From positions 84,320,001 to 84,384,000 of the forward strand of contig NC_086100.1 in the NCBI RefSeq assembly GCF_963921235.1: a stretch of DNA of 64,000 nucleotides, in the 5' to 3' direction. Shown here one piece after another: positions 63,065 through 64,000 of this stretch. Both the position numbers and the translations under genes were made by a program. The DNA is from Mobula hypostoma (lineage: Eukaryota). Every line of letters starts with the position of its first letter. Positions within the stretch are counted from its first letter, which is position 1. Below the pieces are notes generated by a model. It saw only the letters and a program-made list of their open reading frames with translations. It was not told the origin of the DNA and did no database searches.

Positions 63065-63645
63065 TCAAAGTGAATTTTAATATCAAAGTACACGTATGTC
63101 TCCATATACAACTCTGAGCTTCATTTTCTTGTGGGCATACTCAACAAATCTATAGTGTAGTAACTATAATAGAATCAATGAAATACTGCCCAACTAGGGT
63201 GTTCAACCAGAGTGCAGAAGACAACGAACTATGCAAATATAAATAAATACCAGTAACTAATGAGAACACCAGACAGAGAGTCCTTGAATGTGAGTCCTTT
63301 GGTTGTGGAACATTTCAGTGTGGAGCAAGTGAAGTCGAGTGAAGTTATCCCCTTTTGTTCAGGAGTCTGATGATTGAGGCTGGTGGTGTGAGTCCTGAGG
63401 CTCCTGTACCTTCTTCCTGATGGCAACAGTGAGAAGAGAGCATGACCTGGGTGGGAATCCCTGATGATGGATGCTGCTTTCCTACGACAGCATTTCATGT
63501 AGATGTGCTCAGTGGTTAGGAAGGCTTACCCATGATGGTCTGGACCAAATCCACTACTTTTTATAGGATTTTCCATTCAAGGGCATTGGTGTTTTCATAC
63601 CGGGCTGTGATACAGCCAGTCAATGTACTGTCCAATACATGTCCA
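63065..63645 (-). mobile_element. Rex1-type LINE 3' fragment
   Basis: ORF 63229-63498 encodes KAASIIRDSHPGHALFSLLPSGRRYRSLRTHT. Confidence 0.75.
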
Positions 63646-63789
63646 AGGTTCTGAGAATTCCTATATTGGTGTTCCCTAAGGGCCAGTGCTTTTTTGAAAT
63701 TTATTATTTCCCTGGATTTGGGTATGCAGGTTTAAGGTTACTGATTTGTAGATTAGATTAGATTTGTAGATGTATTGAGCACTGTTGTT

Positions 63790-64000
63790 TGGTTTTGCTA
63801 GGCTACTGCTGTGCATGTAACTGCAAGAAAGTGCAGAGAGTTGTGGGCTCATCTTAGCACATCATGGAAACCATTCTTTCCTCTAAAGACTCTTTCTTGC
63901 TACCTTGGTAAAGTAGCCAATGTAATCAAAGACCACACCACCCCAGATATTCTCTGTTCTCTCTTATTCCATTGCACAGAAGATATTGAAGCCCGAAAGC
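63790..64000 (+). mobile_element. Rex1-type fragment running off the window
   Basis: Degenerate similarity to the same ORF end (IIKDHTTP..SLFS). Confidence 0.45.

Noticed and set aside
59847-64000. PARL exon 3 (expected FTGCAFGSAAIWQYE-like)
   Set aside because: Not found by eye; probably lies beyond the window.

Overview
Vertebrate genomic DNA, almost certainly from a cartilaginous fish (probably a ray), judged by its HE1/V-SINE, CR1/HER1, Rex1 and Penelope repeats. From left to right: (1) the end of a >17.9 kb G/T-rich satellite with a ~32-bp monomer and a patchwork of kb-scale internal duplications; all ORFs in it are artefacts. (2) A cluster of three intact, single-coding-exon GPR148-like orphan GPCR genes (olfactory-receptor-related 'theta' type) at 18.4 kb (-), 29.5 kb (+) and 42.7 kb (-). 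They sit among heavily nested transposons: CR1, Rex1, Tx1/L1, Penelope, Gypsy, a solo LTR, mariner and hAT MITEs, and SINEs. (3) A CpG-rich promoter and the first two coding exons of PARL (mitochondrial rhomboid protease), which the ORF track misses. Best leads: the GPR148-like triplet, which lacks the DRY arginine and NPxxY and shares upstream non-coding sequence between copies 2 and 3; Penelope-borne minimal hammerhead ribozyme motifs, one sense-oriented in PARL intron 1; a two-copy non-autonomous retroposon with a YY1 head; and a GPCR 3' end only ~470 bp from the satellite. Comparisons with human proteins are from memory and need confirming by alignment.
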